From an uncultured candidate division Zixibacteria bacterium (GTDB taxonomy: Bacteria; Zixibacteria; MSB-5A5; GN15; FEB-12), in the NCBI GenBank assembly GCA_963806185.1, contig CAWDXE010000001.1, positions 576,001 to 640,000 of the forward strand: a DNA stretch of 64,000 nt, in the 5' to 3' direction. Position 1 is the first letter of the stretch; each line of letters opens with the position of its first letter. A program made the position numbers and the translations under genes. Positions 10,117-21,614 of this stretch are shown piece after piece. Under the pieces are notes generated by a model, which was given only the letters and a program-made list of their open reading frames with translations, was not told the origin of the DNA and did no database searches.

Positions 10117-10146
10117 GTAGGTCTGCCCAACTTGGGGCAGACCTAC
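10117..10146. repeat. Perfect 12-bp inverted repeat upstream of the methyltransferase
   Basis: GTAGGTCTGCCC-aacttg-GGGCAGACCTAC. Confidence 0.8.
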
Positions 10147-10165
10147 ATTCGTTTTAAATGAACAT

Positions 10166-11125
10166 ATGACGGCAACGAACAATCGGACATTGCATATCAG
10201 CGCTCGGGAATTGAAGGCACTGCGGAGCCGGCTTTGGCAGATCACCCACCTGCAATCGGCGGGTGAAATTGCCAATTCAATAATCTGCCAGGATATGCAC
10301 GTCGTACTGCCGCTGCTTCCACACGGATTTGTCGATCTGCTGATTCTCGATCCCCCCTACAATCTGACCAAGTCATACCGAGGACAGATATTTCGCGCTC
10401 GCGACATCGAAGATTACGGAGCGTGGGTGAATTCGTGGTTATCGCTTCTCCCTCAACTCATGAAGCGAACCGGGTCAGTTTATTTCTGTGCCGATTGGCG
10501 GATGGGGGCGGTCGTGAGTTCACTGCTGGAGCGATATTTCACTATTCGCAACCGGATCACCTGGGAACGGGAGAAGGGGCGCGGGGCGGCACGAAACTGG
10601 AAAAACTGCGCCGAGGACATCTGGTTTGCAACGGTGTCGAATGACTATACGTTTAATGCCGATGCGGTGAAGCTGAAGCGCCGGGTCATGGCGCCGTATC
10701 GTGACGACGGAGGACAACCTAAAGACTGGCGCACAGACAGGGATGGTCAGCATCGATTGACGGCTCCCTCCAATCTCTGGACGGACATCACGGTTCCGTT
10801 CTGGTCGATGCCGGAGAACACAGAACATCCCACACAGAAGCCCGAGAAATTGCTGGCGAAGCTGATTCTGGCAAGTACGCAGGAAAACGATGTCGTGTTT
10901 GATCCCTTTCTCGGATCGGGGACAAGCGTCGTGGTGGCGAAGAAGCTGAATCGGAAGTTTGTCGGAATTGAAATCGACGAGCAGTATTGCAGTCTGGCCC
11001 TGAAGCGTCTGGAGATGGCAAAATCCGACCGACTGATTCAGGGGTATGTCGACGGTGTCTTCTGGGAGCGAAACAGCCTGGCTCAGCGATCAAGCAAGAG
11101 GGCGCGAAACAATGGTCGAGGGTAA
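10166..11125 (+). CDS. Orphan N6-adenine/N4-cytosine DNA methyltransferase, beta class
   Basis: Motif IV DPPYN precedes HPTQKP and motif I FDPFLGSGT. No neighbouring endonuclease. Confidence 0.92.
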   Translation: MTATNNRTLHISARELKALRSRLWQITHLQSAGEIANSIICQDMHVVLPLLPHGFVDLLILDPPYNLTKSYRGQIFRARDIEDYGAWVNSWLSLLPQLMKRTGSVYFCADWRMGAVVSSLLERYFTIRNRITWEREKGRGAARNWKNCAEDIWFATVSNDYTFNADAVKLKRRVMAPYRDDGGQPKDWRTDRDGQHRLTAPSNLWTDITVPFWSMPENTEHPTQKPEKLLAKLILASTQENDVVFDPFLGSGTSVVVAKKLNRKFVGIEIDEQYCSLALKRLEMAKSDRLIQGYVDGVFWERNSLAQRSSKRARNNGRG

Positions 11126-12023
11126 AGTGAACCTAAGAGCGGCCTTTGACCCCGCAAAACGCTTCTCCATCCACTACCTTGGTGGTCTTTATCGACGGAT
11201 AAACGAACACCACCTCTTCCTTCTCTCGGGCGGACTGGCGTTCTCGTTGTTTGTCTGCATCATCCCGATGGTGCTGATTATCTTTTCCATTCTTGGTTCC
11301 CTGCTCCAGAGCGCTGATCTGCAGTCCCGCATCAACTTGCTGATCGATGCCGCGATTCCCTTTCCCCCGTACGCCTTCTTTGTCAAGGGGTTAATCGCGG
11401 GACGCGTGGACGAGTTCAAACAGTACCGTGCAGTGGCCGGCTTCATTGGCAGCTTTGGGCTCTTGCTGGCCGCGAGTGGGCTATTCAGCAGTATCCGCAC
11501 TGTGCTCAACCGCGTCTACAACGTCCCTGATCGACGCAATTTCGCCATTGGGAAACTCCGCGATCTCGGGATGATTCTGCTGGTGCTCTGTCTCCTCATA
11601 GCTTTTGTGACTCTCTTGCCGGTGATTGAGGCGCTGCGAAATTCGGCGCTGAGTGTTGAGACACTCCAACAGTTCAATCTGGACGGCGTGAGGACGTTTT
11701 TCTTCGCCATCGTGACCATCGCGGGGGCCTTTGCCGTTTTCTCTCTGATCTATGCTCTCGTCCCGTACGGCAAACTCGGAGCCAGAGTGATTCTGGTGAG
11801 CGCTCTGTGGTCGACCTTGCTGTGGGAGATGGCGCGACAGTTGTTTGGGGTATATCTTTCGCACGGCGCCAATCTGAAAAATGTCTATGGCGCGTACACA
11901 TTCGTGGTAGTCGTCGCCTTCTGGATATACTACTCGGCTGTCGTCTTTATTATCGGTGCGGAGATCGGCCAGTTGTACCGAGAATGGAAGACCATGCGAG
12001 CGGTCGAATCCGTCAGCAAATGA
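11112..12023 (+). CDS. YihY/virulence factor BrkB family membrane protein
   Basis: LAFSLFVCIIP, ASGLFSSIRTVLNRVY and YGAY...FWIYYSAVVFIIGAEI. Confidence 0.9.
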   Translation: MVEGKVNLRAAFDPAKRFSIHYLGGLYRRINEHHLFLLSGGLAFSLFVCIIPMVLIIFSILGSLLQSADLQSRINLLIDAAIPFPPYAFFVKGLIAGRVDEFKQYRAVAGFIGSFGLLLAASGLFSSIRTVLNRVYNVPDRRNFAIGKLRDLGMILLVLCLLIAFVTLLPVIEALRNSALSVETLQQFNLDGVRTFFFAIVTIAGAFAVFSLIYALVPYGKLGARVILVSALWSTLLWEMARQLFGVYLSHGANLKNVYGAYTFVVVVAFWIYYSAVVFIIGAEIGQLYREWKTMRAVESVSK

Positions 12024-13978
12024 ACTCGCCCGACAAACGGACGACATCCTCCGGCAGACCAAAGACCAATAGAATGTCACCCCCTTCAAGGGTGGTGTTC
12101 GGATCCGGGTTGGCGATGGTGATGTCGCCCCGTCGAATGACCATCACCGTTACTCCATACTTGCTTCGCAGGCGCAATTCCCCGATCGTCTTACCGGCAA
12201 GGGGTGATTCCTCGAATAGTCGAAAGCTGCGCACTTCGGCCTCCGACGCGTGCATGGTCAGGTCCGCCAGATCAGAGGAGCCGACCGTCTGCGCACGGAG
12301 AACCACGTACGAATCGGCGCGGACGTCATGGACGAACCGTTCAATCTCCTCCTGCGGAATCAGGTACTTGCGCAGCACCCGGGTGAAGATTTCTACTGAC
12401 GTCTCGAATTCTTCCGGGATGACGTCATTTGCACCCAATTCGTGCATGACGGCAACTTCTCTGACATATCGCGTGCGCACGATCAGGTAGGCCGAGGGGT
12501 TCTCGAAGCGGCACATCTCGACAATACGTCGGGCGGCCACTGGATCATCAATCAGGACTGCAATTACCCGCGCGCGCCCGACACCGGCGGCGGAGAGAAT
12601 GGCAAATTGGGCGGCATCTCCATAAATGATCGGCTCCCCGTTGGCTCTTTCCGCCTTCACCGTGTCGGCGTTCAACTCGACAATGACGTATGGTATGTGG
12701 GCCAGGCGCGACGACCGGGCTAGATGCCGGCCGTTGAGCCCGAAACCGACAATCACGATGTGGTCCTTGAGCCCTTCGACCTCCGGAGGAACATCCGGCC
12801 GCTTGTCGCTCATCGATCGCATAATGCGCCTGGCCAGCATCGACTCCACCGCTGGAGAACCATACTGCACGAGAAACGGCGTAGCGGCCATCGTAAGAAT
12901 CGACACGGCCAGAAAGAGCTGATAATTGTCGGGCGAAAGCAGATCGAGCGAGAGTCCCGATCGGGCGAGTATGAACGAGAATTCACCGACCTGGAAGAGG
13001 GTCAACCCGACCAGCAAAGCACTCCGCGTCGGCAGACCGGCGAGATAGGCGGCAATCACCACGATCACCCCCTTCAGCATTCCCACGCCGATGGCAGCCA
13101 GAACAATGATAATCGGGTGCTGAATCACGTACGACATATTCAACAGCATGCCGACGGATACGAAGAAGAGCGACGTGAAGATATCGCGGAACGGAAGGAT
13201 TGTTCCCAACGCCTGATGACTGTATTCGGAGCGTGAAATTATCAGGCCGGCGAGAAACGCTCCCAGAGCCAGCGAGAGTCCCGAGAATTGAGGTCAGCCA
13301 GGCGATGGCGAAGCAGACCAGAACAACCGACACGAGAAACAATTCCCGACTCCTCGTACGCGCGATGGCAAGAAAGATCTTGGGGACAATCCAGTCGGCG
13401 CCGAAGAAGATAACCACAACGATGACAAAGGCCCGCACCAGCACTATGGCGCCGGCGCTACCCGACATGTCACCCGTTCCGGCCAGCATCGGCAGGACCA
13501 GCATCATGGGAACCGCAATGATGTCCTGAAAGATAGCGATGCCCGTCACTGCCCGGCCGTGAGGAGTAGTTAGTTCGGCCCGATCCTGCAGGAGTTTGAG
13601 CACAATGGCCGTACTGGAGAGCGAGATGAGAAAGCCGATAAACACGGCCTGGGGGATCGGCAGTCCAAACTGATGAGCAAAAAAGGCGGAGAGGAAGGCG
13701 GTAAAGCCGACCTGAGTCATGCCGCCGACAAAGACTGTCCGCCGCGACTGGACCAGATGCTCGAAGGAAAACTCCATCCCAATCGCGAAGAGCAAGAGGA
13801 CGATTCCAGTTTCGGCCAGAATCTCCACCCGATGGACATCCTGGACGAGGCCAAGTCCGTGAGGGCCGCACAGGACACCGGTGATTAGAAAGCCCACCAT
13901 GGCGGGCACGCGCAGGCGATGCAGCAGGAGCATCACGCCCACGGCCAGGGCGAAAATGATGACTATTTCTTGCAGCAA
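12013..13978 (-). CDS. CPA2-family cation:proton antiporter (KefB/KefC-like) with TrkA-N and TrkA-C domains, split by a frameshift near 13281
   Basis: LAETGIVLLLFAIGMEFS, SSTAIVLK, FQVGEFSFILA and IVIVGFGLNGR. The two ORFs rejoin on removing one G from a GGG run. Confidence 0.9.
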
Positions 13979-14042
13979 CGGGATGTGCAGAGCGCTTTCC
14001 TCCGTCAGTCAAATCAGGTCAACTTTCGGAAGATACAAGCTA

Positions 14043-14642
14043 TCACTTGATTCGCAAATGATACAATGGGCGGGAATTCGAAAGGCGTTGCGCCTCTTCA
14101 AAACCAAGCTTCTGGAAAATAGCTTCCGGTCCGGTCCAGACAAACGCGGCCGGAAGGCGCTTACCGGCAGCCGTGAGCGGAACCGGATAGGCCTCGATGA
14201 GTTTTGCTTTACGTTTCTTCATGGCGGCGACAGCGGCCTTGGCCAGCTTGAGCCCGATTCCCTCGTTGCGATAGCCGGCGGCAATAAAGAAGCAGTTGAT
14301 ACTCCACACCGTTTTCACCCCGGTCGGCTTGTCATGTTGATAAGCCTTCATGGTCTCCAAACGAGGGAAGTCGCTCCGCTTGCCGAACGAACACCAACCG
14401 ACCGGCGTGTCGCCGTCAAAGGCAAGAATGCCGTGCGCGGCGCCGCTGGTGACCAGTTTCCTGAACGCCGTCTTGTTCGGCTTGCCACACGCTTCGCGCC
14501 ACATCTGGCCGCCATGAGGTACACGCCACGACATGCACCAGCACCCGCCGCAGGCGCCTCGGTCGCCGAAGAGTTCCTCGACCAATGGCCAGTCGTCTGG
14601 CTGCAGCTCGCGTACAGTAATGGTGTGTTTTGAATCAGCCAT
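14043..14642 (-). CDS. GNAT-family N-acetyltransferase
   Basis: GCWCMSWR, PVGWCSFG, acetyl-CoA motif YRNEGIG, IEAYP and FQKLGF. Confidence 0.88.
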   Translation of the reverse strand: MADSKHTITVRELQPDDWPLVEELFGDRGACGGCWCMSWRVPHGGQMWREACGKPNKTAFRKLVTSGAAHGILAFDGDTPVGWCSFGKRSDFPRLETMKAYQHDKPTGVKTVWSINCFFIAAGYRNEGIGLKLAKAAVAAMKKRKAKLIEAYPVPLTAAGKRLPAAFVWTGPEAIFQKLGFEEAQRLSNSRPLYHLRIK

Positions 14643-14648
14643 GGCCGG

Positions 14649-14677
14649 AACTTACCATGGATCGGAAAGCCAGGCAA
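14649..14677 (-). promoter_or_regulatory. Leaderless-type promoter of the GNAT gene
   Basis: Minus strand TTGCCT, 17 nt, TAAGTT, 6 nt, ATG. No SD sequence. Confidence 0.55.
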
Positions 14678-14703
14678 TCACATAATATTGTCAGACGACG
14701 GAA

Positions 14704-15654
14704 TTACTTGGCGAACAGGGTCTGTTCGTCGGGTGTCGGTTCGGTAACCAACGCTACCTTCTTCTTTTTCGTGGCGATAATCAGCACGACGGCTCCGACA
14801 ATGAGCACGAGCGCCAGCAACGATCGGGGGGACAATTCTTCGCCGCCCAGACCCCAGCCGAGAAAAACAGCGATGACGGGATTCACGTATGCGTACGTCG
14901 ACGCACGAGAGGGCGAGGCATGCTTTATCAACCAAAGATAAGCGCCGAAGGCGATTGATCCGAAAATGACCAGATACCAGAAACTGAGCCAAGCTTTTGG
15001 AGTAATCGCGCCCACGTCGACCTGTGCCCCCTCACCGACCAGGAGGCCGAAGATCGATAGCATGACGCCGGCCCAGAGCAGTTTCATGCCGATAGCCAGC
15101 GCATCGGAAGAGGGCATTGGGAGGTGATTAGATTTCACCGATCCGTACGCCCAGGCAACAGAAGCGGCGATAATGACGAGAGCTCCCAGCGGATCGATGC
15201 TGTGCGCTCCGGCGAAGTGGCCGGGGCCAACGAGCACTCCGACCCCGAAGAAGCCAATCACGAGTCCCAGAATTGTCGAGGGTCTGGGACGGGCGTCCCT
15301 GGAACGAAGCCATTCGAAAACAACCACGAGCATCGGCACAGTGCCCACTAGTAGCGCGGTCAATCCCGAGGGGACGAGTTTTTCCGCCCAGGTAATTCCA
15401 CCAGTGCCGATAGCCGGCATAAGCAAACCAATGATAGCGGTGGTGCGCCAGTGGGTGGGGGTAGGTTTCGGGGCACCGAGCGCCCGGGCGATGACGTAGA
15501 AGGCGAGTCCGCCCAGCACCATGCGCACCCCCGCCATGAGTAACGGCGGCATATCTTCGATAGCAAAGCGGATCGCTAAATATGTCGAACCCCAAATGAC
15601 ATAGACGGCAGCGAAGGCCGCAACCATCTCTACTGACAGCCACCACTTCTTCAC
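14704..15654 (-). CDS. EamA/DMT family transporter (YedA-like)
   Basis: VYVIWGSTYLAIR, PSGLTALL and STYAYVNPVIAVFLG. GTG start chosen just after the Lrp stop. Confidence 0.9.
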   Translation of the reverse strand: MKKWWLSVEMVAAFAAVYVIWGSTYLAIRFAIEDMPPLLMAGVRMVLGGLAFYVIARALGAPKPTPTHWRTTAIIGLLMPAIGTGGITWAEKLVPSGLTALLVGTVPMLVVVFEWLRSRDARPRPSTILGLVIGFFGVGVLVGPGHFAGAHSIDPLGALVIIAASVAWAYGSVKSNHLPMPSSDALAIGMKLLWAGVMLSIFGLLVGEGAQVDVGAITPKAWLSFWYLVIFGSIAFGAYLWLIKHASPSRASTYAYVNPVIAVFLGWGLGGEELSPRSLLALVLIVGAVVLIIATKKKKVALVTEPTPDEQTLFAK

Positions 15655-15661
15655 GGTCGGT

Positions 15662-16135
15662 TCACTTTCCTGAGGCGGAGTTGCCTTCGATCGGAATACG
15701 AATGGTCTCTTTGTACGTTTCAAGTACGACAGTCGTGCGCGTTGACGTCACCGACGGAATGGCGCCGATCTTCTCGCGGAGTACCTGGCCAAGCGCGGAG
15801 GTATCCGCGACTCTGATCTTGCAGAGATAACAGTCCTCGCCCGCCACGTTGTAGACTTCTTGAATCTCCGGCACGCTCTTGAGAGCTGCACCGGCAGCGC
15901 CGTCAGCCACCGGTTCATCGGTTCGTACAAAGACAAAGGCCACCAGTCCGTAGCCGAGTTTGGACGCGTTCAACCGCGTTTCGAATGAGCTGATCAGCCC
16001 TTTGTCCTTCAGTTTCTTGACGCGCTCGAAGGTCGCAGAGGGTGCCAAGCCCACCGTCTTGGCGATGTCACTGTTGGCGATTCGACCGTCGTCTTGAAGC
16101 AGGTTGAGAATTTTTTTGTCGATATCATCGATCAT
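15662..16135 (-). CDS. Lrp/AsnC family transcriptional regulator
   Basis: DDIDKKILNLLQDDGRI...VGLAPSATFERVKKL and VAGEDCYL. GGGGAG RBS. Confidence 0.93.
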   Translation of the reverse strand: MIDDIDKKILNLLQDDGRIANSDIAKTVGLAPSATFERVKKLKDKGLISSFETRLNASKLGYGLVAFVFVRTDEPVADGAAGAALKSVPEIQEVYNVAGEDCYLCKIRVADTSALGQVLREKIGAIPSVTSTRTTVVLETYKETIRIPIEGNSASGK

Positions 16136-16347
16136 GGCCACAAACTCCCCTGAAAATAGTTTGGTATTTAAGTATACGCCAATCACCCGAATATTGTTTC
16201 GAACTGCTCTTCTTTGAGCAAATTATTGTCTAACTATTGATTAAGAAAATGAATTTACGGCGACAGCCAAGATTCTCGCTGGGATGGGTTCAGTTGCCCT
16301 GCGGGCCGTCCGATAGGTATCTACGTACCTAATTCGTTGGAGGAGTT

Positions 16348-17070
16348 GTGAATAGCCTAATCGCCGTGGTCTTTGTAGTAGTTTTTTTCAGCCTGCTCTG
16401 GCTGGCAATTCGCACGGCTCGCCGACAGGCTGAACAGAGGCAGACCATGAATCGCGAGATGGGTTTCACAAAAGTTGAGCCTCCGCCAACTGATTTCGTG
16501 GCCCGCCTTCAAGCGCTCAAAGGGAATAGTCGCCAGAAGATAGTGGTTCGGAACCTCTCTATTCGCGGATGCGGGCGCTACGATCTCTATGTCTTCGACA
16601 TGATCACCAGTAACAGCTCGGATACGCGCGAGCCTGCGGCGGCGATCGTCAGTCATGACCTGAACCTTCCGGCGTTCCACGTCTTCCCTGCGATGCCGTT
16701 TTCGGGTAAGATCGCCAATTGGCTCAACCAATTGACTTCCTATATGGCAACGCAGAGTGGCTACGTACCCTATCCGGCAATCAATTCGATTCGCTTTACT
16801 CAGCGGTACCGACTGTATGTGGCCGACGAGCGTGAAATTCCACGGTGCATCCCCGAAGAGGTCTGGGGCAAGCTGGCCGAAATAGAGCCACCGGTTTCTA
16901 TTCACGCCCAAGGTGACATACTGCTCTTCCAGGAAATCTCGACAAAGCCAACCTCATTCAGATCTTCCGACCCGGACAAGTACCGCTCCTATCTGCGCTC
17001 GCTCATCGATCAGGGTGGCCGACTGCACAGCGTGTTCTGCGAGACGAATCAACTGGAAGCGGTGCGCTGA
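16348..17070 (+). CDS. Hypothetical protein with N-terminal membrane anchor
   Basis: Strong GGAGGAG RBS, hydrophobic N-terminus, 240 aa. No recognised family. Confidence 0.7.
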   Translation: MNSLIAVVFVVVFFSLLWLAIRTARRQAEQRQTMNREMGFTKVEPPPTDFVARLQALKGNSRQKIVVRNLSIRGCGRYDLYVFDMITSNSSDTREPAAAIVSHDLNLPAFHVFPAMPFSGKIANWLNQLTSYMATQSGYVPYPAINSIRFTQRYRLYVADEREIPRCIPEEVWGKLAEIEPPVSIHAQGDILLFQEISTKPTSFRSSDPDKYRSYLRSLIDQGGRLHSVFCETNQLEAVR

Positions 17071-17243
17071 GGGCAAGACCGGTCGATCCCGGCGACGCCC
17101 AATCGACAATTTGTTGTGTCGCAAGAAGATATCGGAAAGCAACTGTTCTCGTGAATCAATCGTCGTCTTTGACTATCTAATCTGGCATATTTGAGACACG
17201 GCGTCCGACGAGACGTCAGCTTCACCTTATGGAGATTAGATTG

Positions 17244-18275
17244 ATGCGTAGACTCACGATGATGTTCTTAGGTCTTACCGTCGCCATCCTCGCCGGATGC
17301 GGACACGAACCGGCACGAACAGATTCCTCCACAAGTCAGATCCCTACCAGAAAGGTCATCCTGGCACCAGTCGAAAAGACGTCCACCGGCTCCTACGACG
17401 AATTGATGGGAACGGTAGTCGCCCGCAATCGCGCCGATATCGAGACCAAGTTTCAAGCCCGGGTAGAACGGATCCCGGTGGTGTTGGGAAGTCATGTTCG
17501 CAAGGGAGACATGTTGGCGGAACTGGATACCCGCGAACTTCGTGCCCGCGTGCAGCAGGCACGTGCGGTTTCCGAACAGACGGCGCTTGATCTCACTCGT
17601 TTTGAGCGTCTGATCAGCCAACAGGCCGTGACCCAGCAGGAGTATGAGGCGGTCAAGGCACGCAAAGCGGTTGCCGAAGCGAATCTCCAGGAAGCCGAGG
17701 CCGTGCTCAGCTATTCTCAGATCGTCGCACCGTTCTCCGGCGTGGTGACCGATCGCAACATAGACATCGGCGACCTTGCGGTGCCGGGCAAACCGCTTTT
17801 CGGTCTTGAGGAAGACGGCGCCCCGCGGCTCGTGGTGACCATTCCGGAGTCCCGCCTCAATGCGCTGGCGATCGGCTCCGAGCTCAAAGTAGTGATTCCA
17901 TCGGCCGACACGATTGTCCAGGGCCGCGTGGAGGAACTGGCGCCGAGTGCGGATCCGGTAAGTCGGTCGTTCACAGCCAAGATCGGGTTGCCCGCGCACA
18001 CGCGCATTCTGCCGGGGCAATTTGGAAAACTGATTCTGCCGTCGCTCGACGGTGAGAGTCTGTTCATACCGACGGCTGCAGTCGTTCACCGGGGCCAACT
18101 TGAACTGGTTTACGTTTTCACCGCCGACAATAAGGCATCGCTCCGCATGATCCGCACGGGCAGGCGAATTGGCGATCAGATTGAAGTCCTGTCCGGCCTG
18201 CACGAATCTGAGCGGGTGGTGATCAGCGCGCCGGCCGAACTATCCGATGGCGACGCGCTCGAGGCACAGTTATGA
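17244..18275 (+). CDS. RND efflux periplasmic adaptor (MFP), lipoprotein
   Basis: Lipobox ILAGC, lipoyl-like [23 protein letters not shown] and EVLSGL. Confidence 0.92.
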   Translation: MRRLTMMFLGLTVAILAGCGHEPARTDSSTSQIPTRKVILAPVEKTSTGSYDELMGTVVARNRADIETKFQARVERIPVVLGSHVRKGDMLAELDTRELRARVQQARAVSEQTALDLTRFERLISQQAVTQQEYEAVKARKAVAEANLQEAEAVLSYSQIVAPFSGVVTDRNIDIGDLAVPGKPLFGLEEDGAPRLVVTIPESRLNALAIGSELKVVIPSADTIVQGRVEELAPSADPVSRSFTAKIGLPAHTRILPGQFGKLILPSLDGESLFIPTAAVVHRGQLELVYVFTADNKASLRMIRTGRRIGDQIEVLSGLHESERVVISAPAELSDGDALEAQL

Positions 18276-21200
18276 GCAAGCAGGAAGGGTCACACAACCC
18301 CGGGATTGCCGGAGCGCTGGCCAAATCGTTCATCAATTCCAAGCTCACGCCACTCCTGATACTCGCCTCGGTTCTCCTGGGAGCCATGGCCATCTCCATG
18401 CTGCCACGGGAAGAAGAGCCCCAGATCAAGGTGCCGATGGTTGACGTCATGGTCTCGGTACCGGGGTTTAATGCCAAGGAAGTGGAAGACCGGGTGGCCG
18501 CTCCGATGGAGAAGCTAATCTGGGAAATCCCCGGAGTCGAATACGTATACTCCATTTCAAAACCCGAACAGGCTCTGGTCATTGTACGCTTTCTGGTCGG
18601 CGAGGATATTGAGAAGAGTCTCGTCAAGCTCAACCAGAAGCTGCAATCAAACTTCGACCGGATACCACCAAATGTCTCGTTTCCCCTCCTGAAGGCGCGA
18701 TCAATTGACGATGTGCCGATACTGGCACTGACTTTCCACAGCTCAACCGAGGATCACTTCGCCCTCCGCCGACTGGTGGCCGAAGTAGAAGATCATATCA
18801 AGCAGATCAAGGACGTCTCCGAGACGGCGATCATCGGCGGTCTGCGTCGGCAGTTTCGTATTCAGCTCGATCCCGAGGCATTGGCCTCCCGGCATCTTGA
18901 CCCGGCCCAGATGATCCCAATTCTGCAGCAGGCCAATCGAGAGTCAACGGCCGGGAGTCTGATTCGCAACAATGAAGATGTGTTGGTTGAATCGGGCGGC
19001 TTCTTGAGCACGGTAGAGGATGTTCAAAACGTAGTCCTGGGTGTTCACAGCGGGTCGCCGATATACCTTCGCGACGTGGCAAAAGTGATCGATGGCCCGG
19101 AGGAACTCAATCAGGTTGTGCTCTTCGGGACCGGGCGGGCTGAGGGTGACCAGCGCGAAGAGGATGCGGCGGTCACGCTCTCCATTGCCAAACGTCCGGG
19201 AACCAACGCCATCTCCGTTGCCGACAAGGTACTCGAGAAGATCGAACTGCTGAAGGGGAAGATCATTCCCGGCGACGTTGGTGTGACGATCACCAGACAT
19301 TACGGGGAGACGGCATCGGAAAAATCAAACGAGCTGCTGTTTCACATGCTCATCGCCGTATTGAGTGTCGCGCTGCTGATTCTGCTCAGCCTCGGGTGGC
19401 GTGAGTCGATCATCGTAGCCCTGGCGATACCTTCGACCCTGGCGCTGACATTGCTCGTGTTCTTCCTGACCGGCTTCACTCTCAATCGCATCACTCTCTT
19501 CGCGCTCATATTCTCCATCGGTATCCTCGTCGACGACGCCATAGTAGTGGTTGAGAATATCACTCGTCACCTGCATCTGCCGCATAACAAAGGGCGCACC
19601 TGGACCAAGGTGGCGATTGAGGCGGTTTCCGAGGTCGGCAATCCAACCGTATTGGCGACCTGGGCCGTGATCGCGGCTGTTCTGCCCATGGCGTTCGTCG
19701 GCGGCCTGATGGGGCCGTACATGCGCCCGATTCCGATTGGCGCCACGGCGGCGATGCTTTTTTCCCTGCTCGTAGCCTTCATCGTTACTCCGTGGGCTGC
19801 GGTTCGGGTCCTCGGCTGGGGGAACAAGGGTAAGAAGATCGGCGGCCACGATAGCACCAAGGAAGACCGCAGCACCCGGTTCTACCGCAAGTTCATGGGT
19901 GGGCTCATTCACGACGCAAGGAAACGACGGCTATTTCTCGGTGGCACAATCCTTGCGCTGTTTGCCGCGCTCGGACTTGTGGCCATTGGTTGGGTGCAGG
20001 TAAAGATGCTCCCCTTCGACAACAAGAACGAATTCCAGCTGATCATCAATATGCCCGAAGGGAGCACGCTCGAGCAGACCACCCAGGCGGCGCGTGAAAT
20101 GGCGCAGGCGGTGAGTCGCGAGCCGGAGGTGACCGACTATCAGATTTACGCCGGAGCATCGTCACCATTTAATTTCAACGGCCTGGTGCGCCATTACTTT
20201 ATGCGCAGCGGCGCCAATGTTGCCGACGTTCAGGTCAATTTGCTTCCCAAGGGAGAACGCTCATTCCAGAGTCATGACATTGCCAAGCGAGTGCGTCCGC
20301 GCGTTGCTGAAATCGCTCAGAAATACCGGGCCAGTGTGGCCGTGGCTGAGGTTCCACCCGGTCCCCCCGTGTTGCAGACGCTGGTCGCAGAGATTTACGG
20401 CCCTACCGATTCGGTGCGCACGGCCCTGGCCCGAAAAGTGGAAGAGATATTCAGGACGACGCCAGGGGTCGTGGATGTCGACACGTATGAAGAGGACGAT
20501 CAGCGCGAATTCACCTTTGTCATCGATCATGCCAAGGCGGCGCTCAACGGCATCAGCGCCGCGACCATTGCGCAGACGCTCAAGGTGGCCGTATCAGGCA
20601 TTCAGGTTGATATCGCCCATCAGCCGAACGAACGTGAAGATATCCAGCTAAGGGTTGAATTGCCGCGCGATCAAAAGACGAGACCGAGCGACCTTTTGGG
20701 ATTGTACATACGCATGCCGGGCGAGGTCAATGAAACGCCGACGGTCGTTCCGCTTTCCGAACTGGTGTCGGTGCGGGAGCGCATCGCGGACAAGACGATT
20801 TACCGCAAGAATCTTATGCCGGTGACGTACATCATCGGCGACGTCGCCGGCGAGGTCGAAAGTCCCGTCTATGCCATTTTTGATATGAACAAGAAGCTGG
20901 ACCAACTTGACATGACAGAATTTGGGGGCAGCGAGAAGAAGCTGCAGGTGCTCAATGCCAGCCAGCCGTTTTCGACGCTTGAGCCTTCGCTGAAGTGGGA
21001 TGGCGAGTGGCACATCACCATTGAAGTATTTCGCGATCTCGGTCTGGCTTTCGCCGCCGTGCTCGTCTTGATTTACATCCTGATGGTCGGCTGGTTCCGA
21101 TCGATGCTTACGCCGATTATTGTCATGGCCGCAATCCCGTTCTCCCTGATCGGTATTATGCCGGCTCACGGGATGGCCGGGGCCTTCTTTACGGCGACGT

Positions 21201-21556
21201 CGATGATCGGTTTCATGGCCGGCGCCGGTATTGTCATACGCAATTCCATTATCCTGGTGGATTTTATCGAACTTCGTTTGGCCGAAGGCATGTCGCTGGC
21301 TGATGCGGTGATCGACGCCGGGGCGGTACGGTTTCGGCCGATGCTTCTCACCGCCGGTGCGGTTATCGTAGGCGCCGGGATTATCCTGGCCGATCCGATT
21401 TTTCAGGGACTGGCGATTGCACTGATGGCCGGTGAGGTGGCATCACTCTTGATAAGTAGAGTTGCGGTGCCCATATTATACTATCTTGGTCATCGCCGGC
21501 GGTATGCCGCGTCGGACGCCGCAAAACAGGCCGAGACTGCAGCGGCCGACGTTTGA
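18272..21556 (+). CDS. RND efflux permease (AcrB/AcrD/AcrF family, PREEEPQI subtype)
   Basis: [25 protein letters not shown] and RFRPMLLT. 1094 aa. Confidence 0.95.
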   Translation: MSKQEGSHNPGIAGALAKSFINSKLTPLLILASVLLGAMAISMLPREEEPQIKVPMVDVMVSVPGFNAKEVEDRVAAPMEKLIWEIPGVEYVYSISKPEQALVIVRFLVGEDIEKSLVKLNQKLQSNFDRIPPNVSFPLLKARSIDDVPILALTFHSSTEDHFALRRLVAEVEDHIKQIKDVSETAIIGGLRRQFRIQLDPEALASRHLDPAQMIPILQQANRESTAGSLIRNNEDVLVESGGFLSTVEDVQNVVLGVHSGSPIYLRDVAKVIDGPEELNQVVLFGTGRAEGDQREEDAAVTLSIAKRPGTNAISVADKVLEKIELLKGKIIPGDVGVTITRHYGETASEKSNELLFHMLIAVLSVALLILLSLGWRESIIVALAIPSTLALTLLVFFLTGFTLNRITLFALIFSIGILVDDAIVVVENITRHLHLPHNKGRTWTKVAIEAVSEVGNPTVLATWAVIAAVLPMAFVGGLMGPYMRPIPIGATAAMLFSLLVAFIVTPWAAVRVLGWGNKGKKIGGHDSTKEDRSTRFYRKFMGGLIHDARKRRLFLGGTILALFAALGLVAIGWVQVKMLPFDNKNEFQLIINMPEGSTLEQTTQAAREMAQAVSREPEVTDYQIYAGASSPFNFNGLVRHYFMRSGANVADVQVNLLPKGERSFQSHDIAKRVRPRVAEIAQKYRASVAVAEVPPGPPVLQTLVAEIYGPTDSVRTALARKVEEIFRTTPGVVDVDTYEEDDQREFTFVIDHAKAALNGISAATIAQTLKVAVSGIQVDIAHQPNEREDIQLRVELPRDQKTRPSDLLGLYIRMPGEVNETPTVVPLSELVSVRERIADKTIYRKNLMPVTYIIGDVAGEVESPVYAIFDMNKKLDQLDMTEFGGSEKKLQVLNASQPFSTLEPSLKWDGEWHITIEVFRDLGLAFAAVLVLIYILMVGWFRSMLTPIIVMAAIPFSLIGIMPAHGMAGAFFTATSMIGFMAGAGIVIRNSIILVDFIELRLAEGMSLADAVIDAGAVRFRPMLLTAGAVIVGAGIILADPIFQGLAIALMAGEVASLLISRVAVPILYYLGHRRRYAASDAAKQAETAAADV

Positions 21557-21614
21557 TACGTCCGCGGCATGCAACGTGCAAAGTGATCAACGTTTGATGA
21601 TAAGGAGAGAGATT

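Noticed and set aside
10166..12023. Restriction-modification system
   Set aside because: The gene after the methyltransferase is a YihY membrane protein, and no endonuclease or specificity subunit is nearby.
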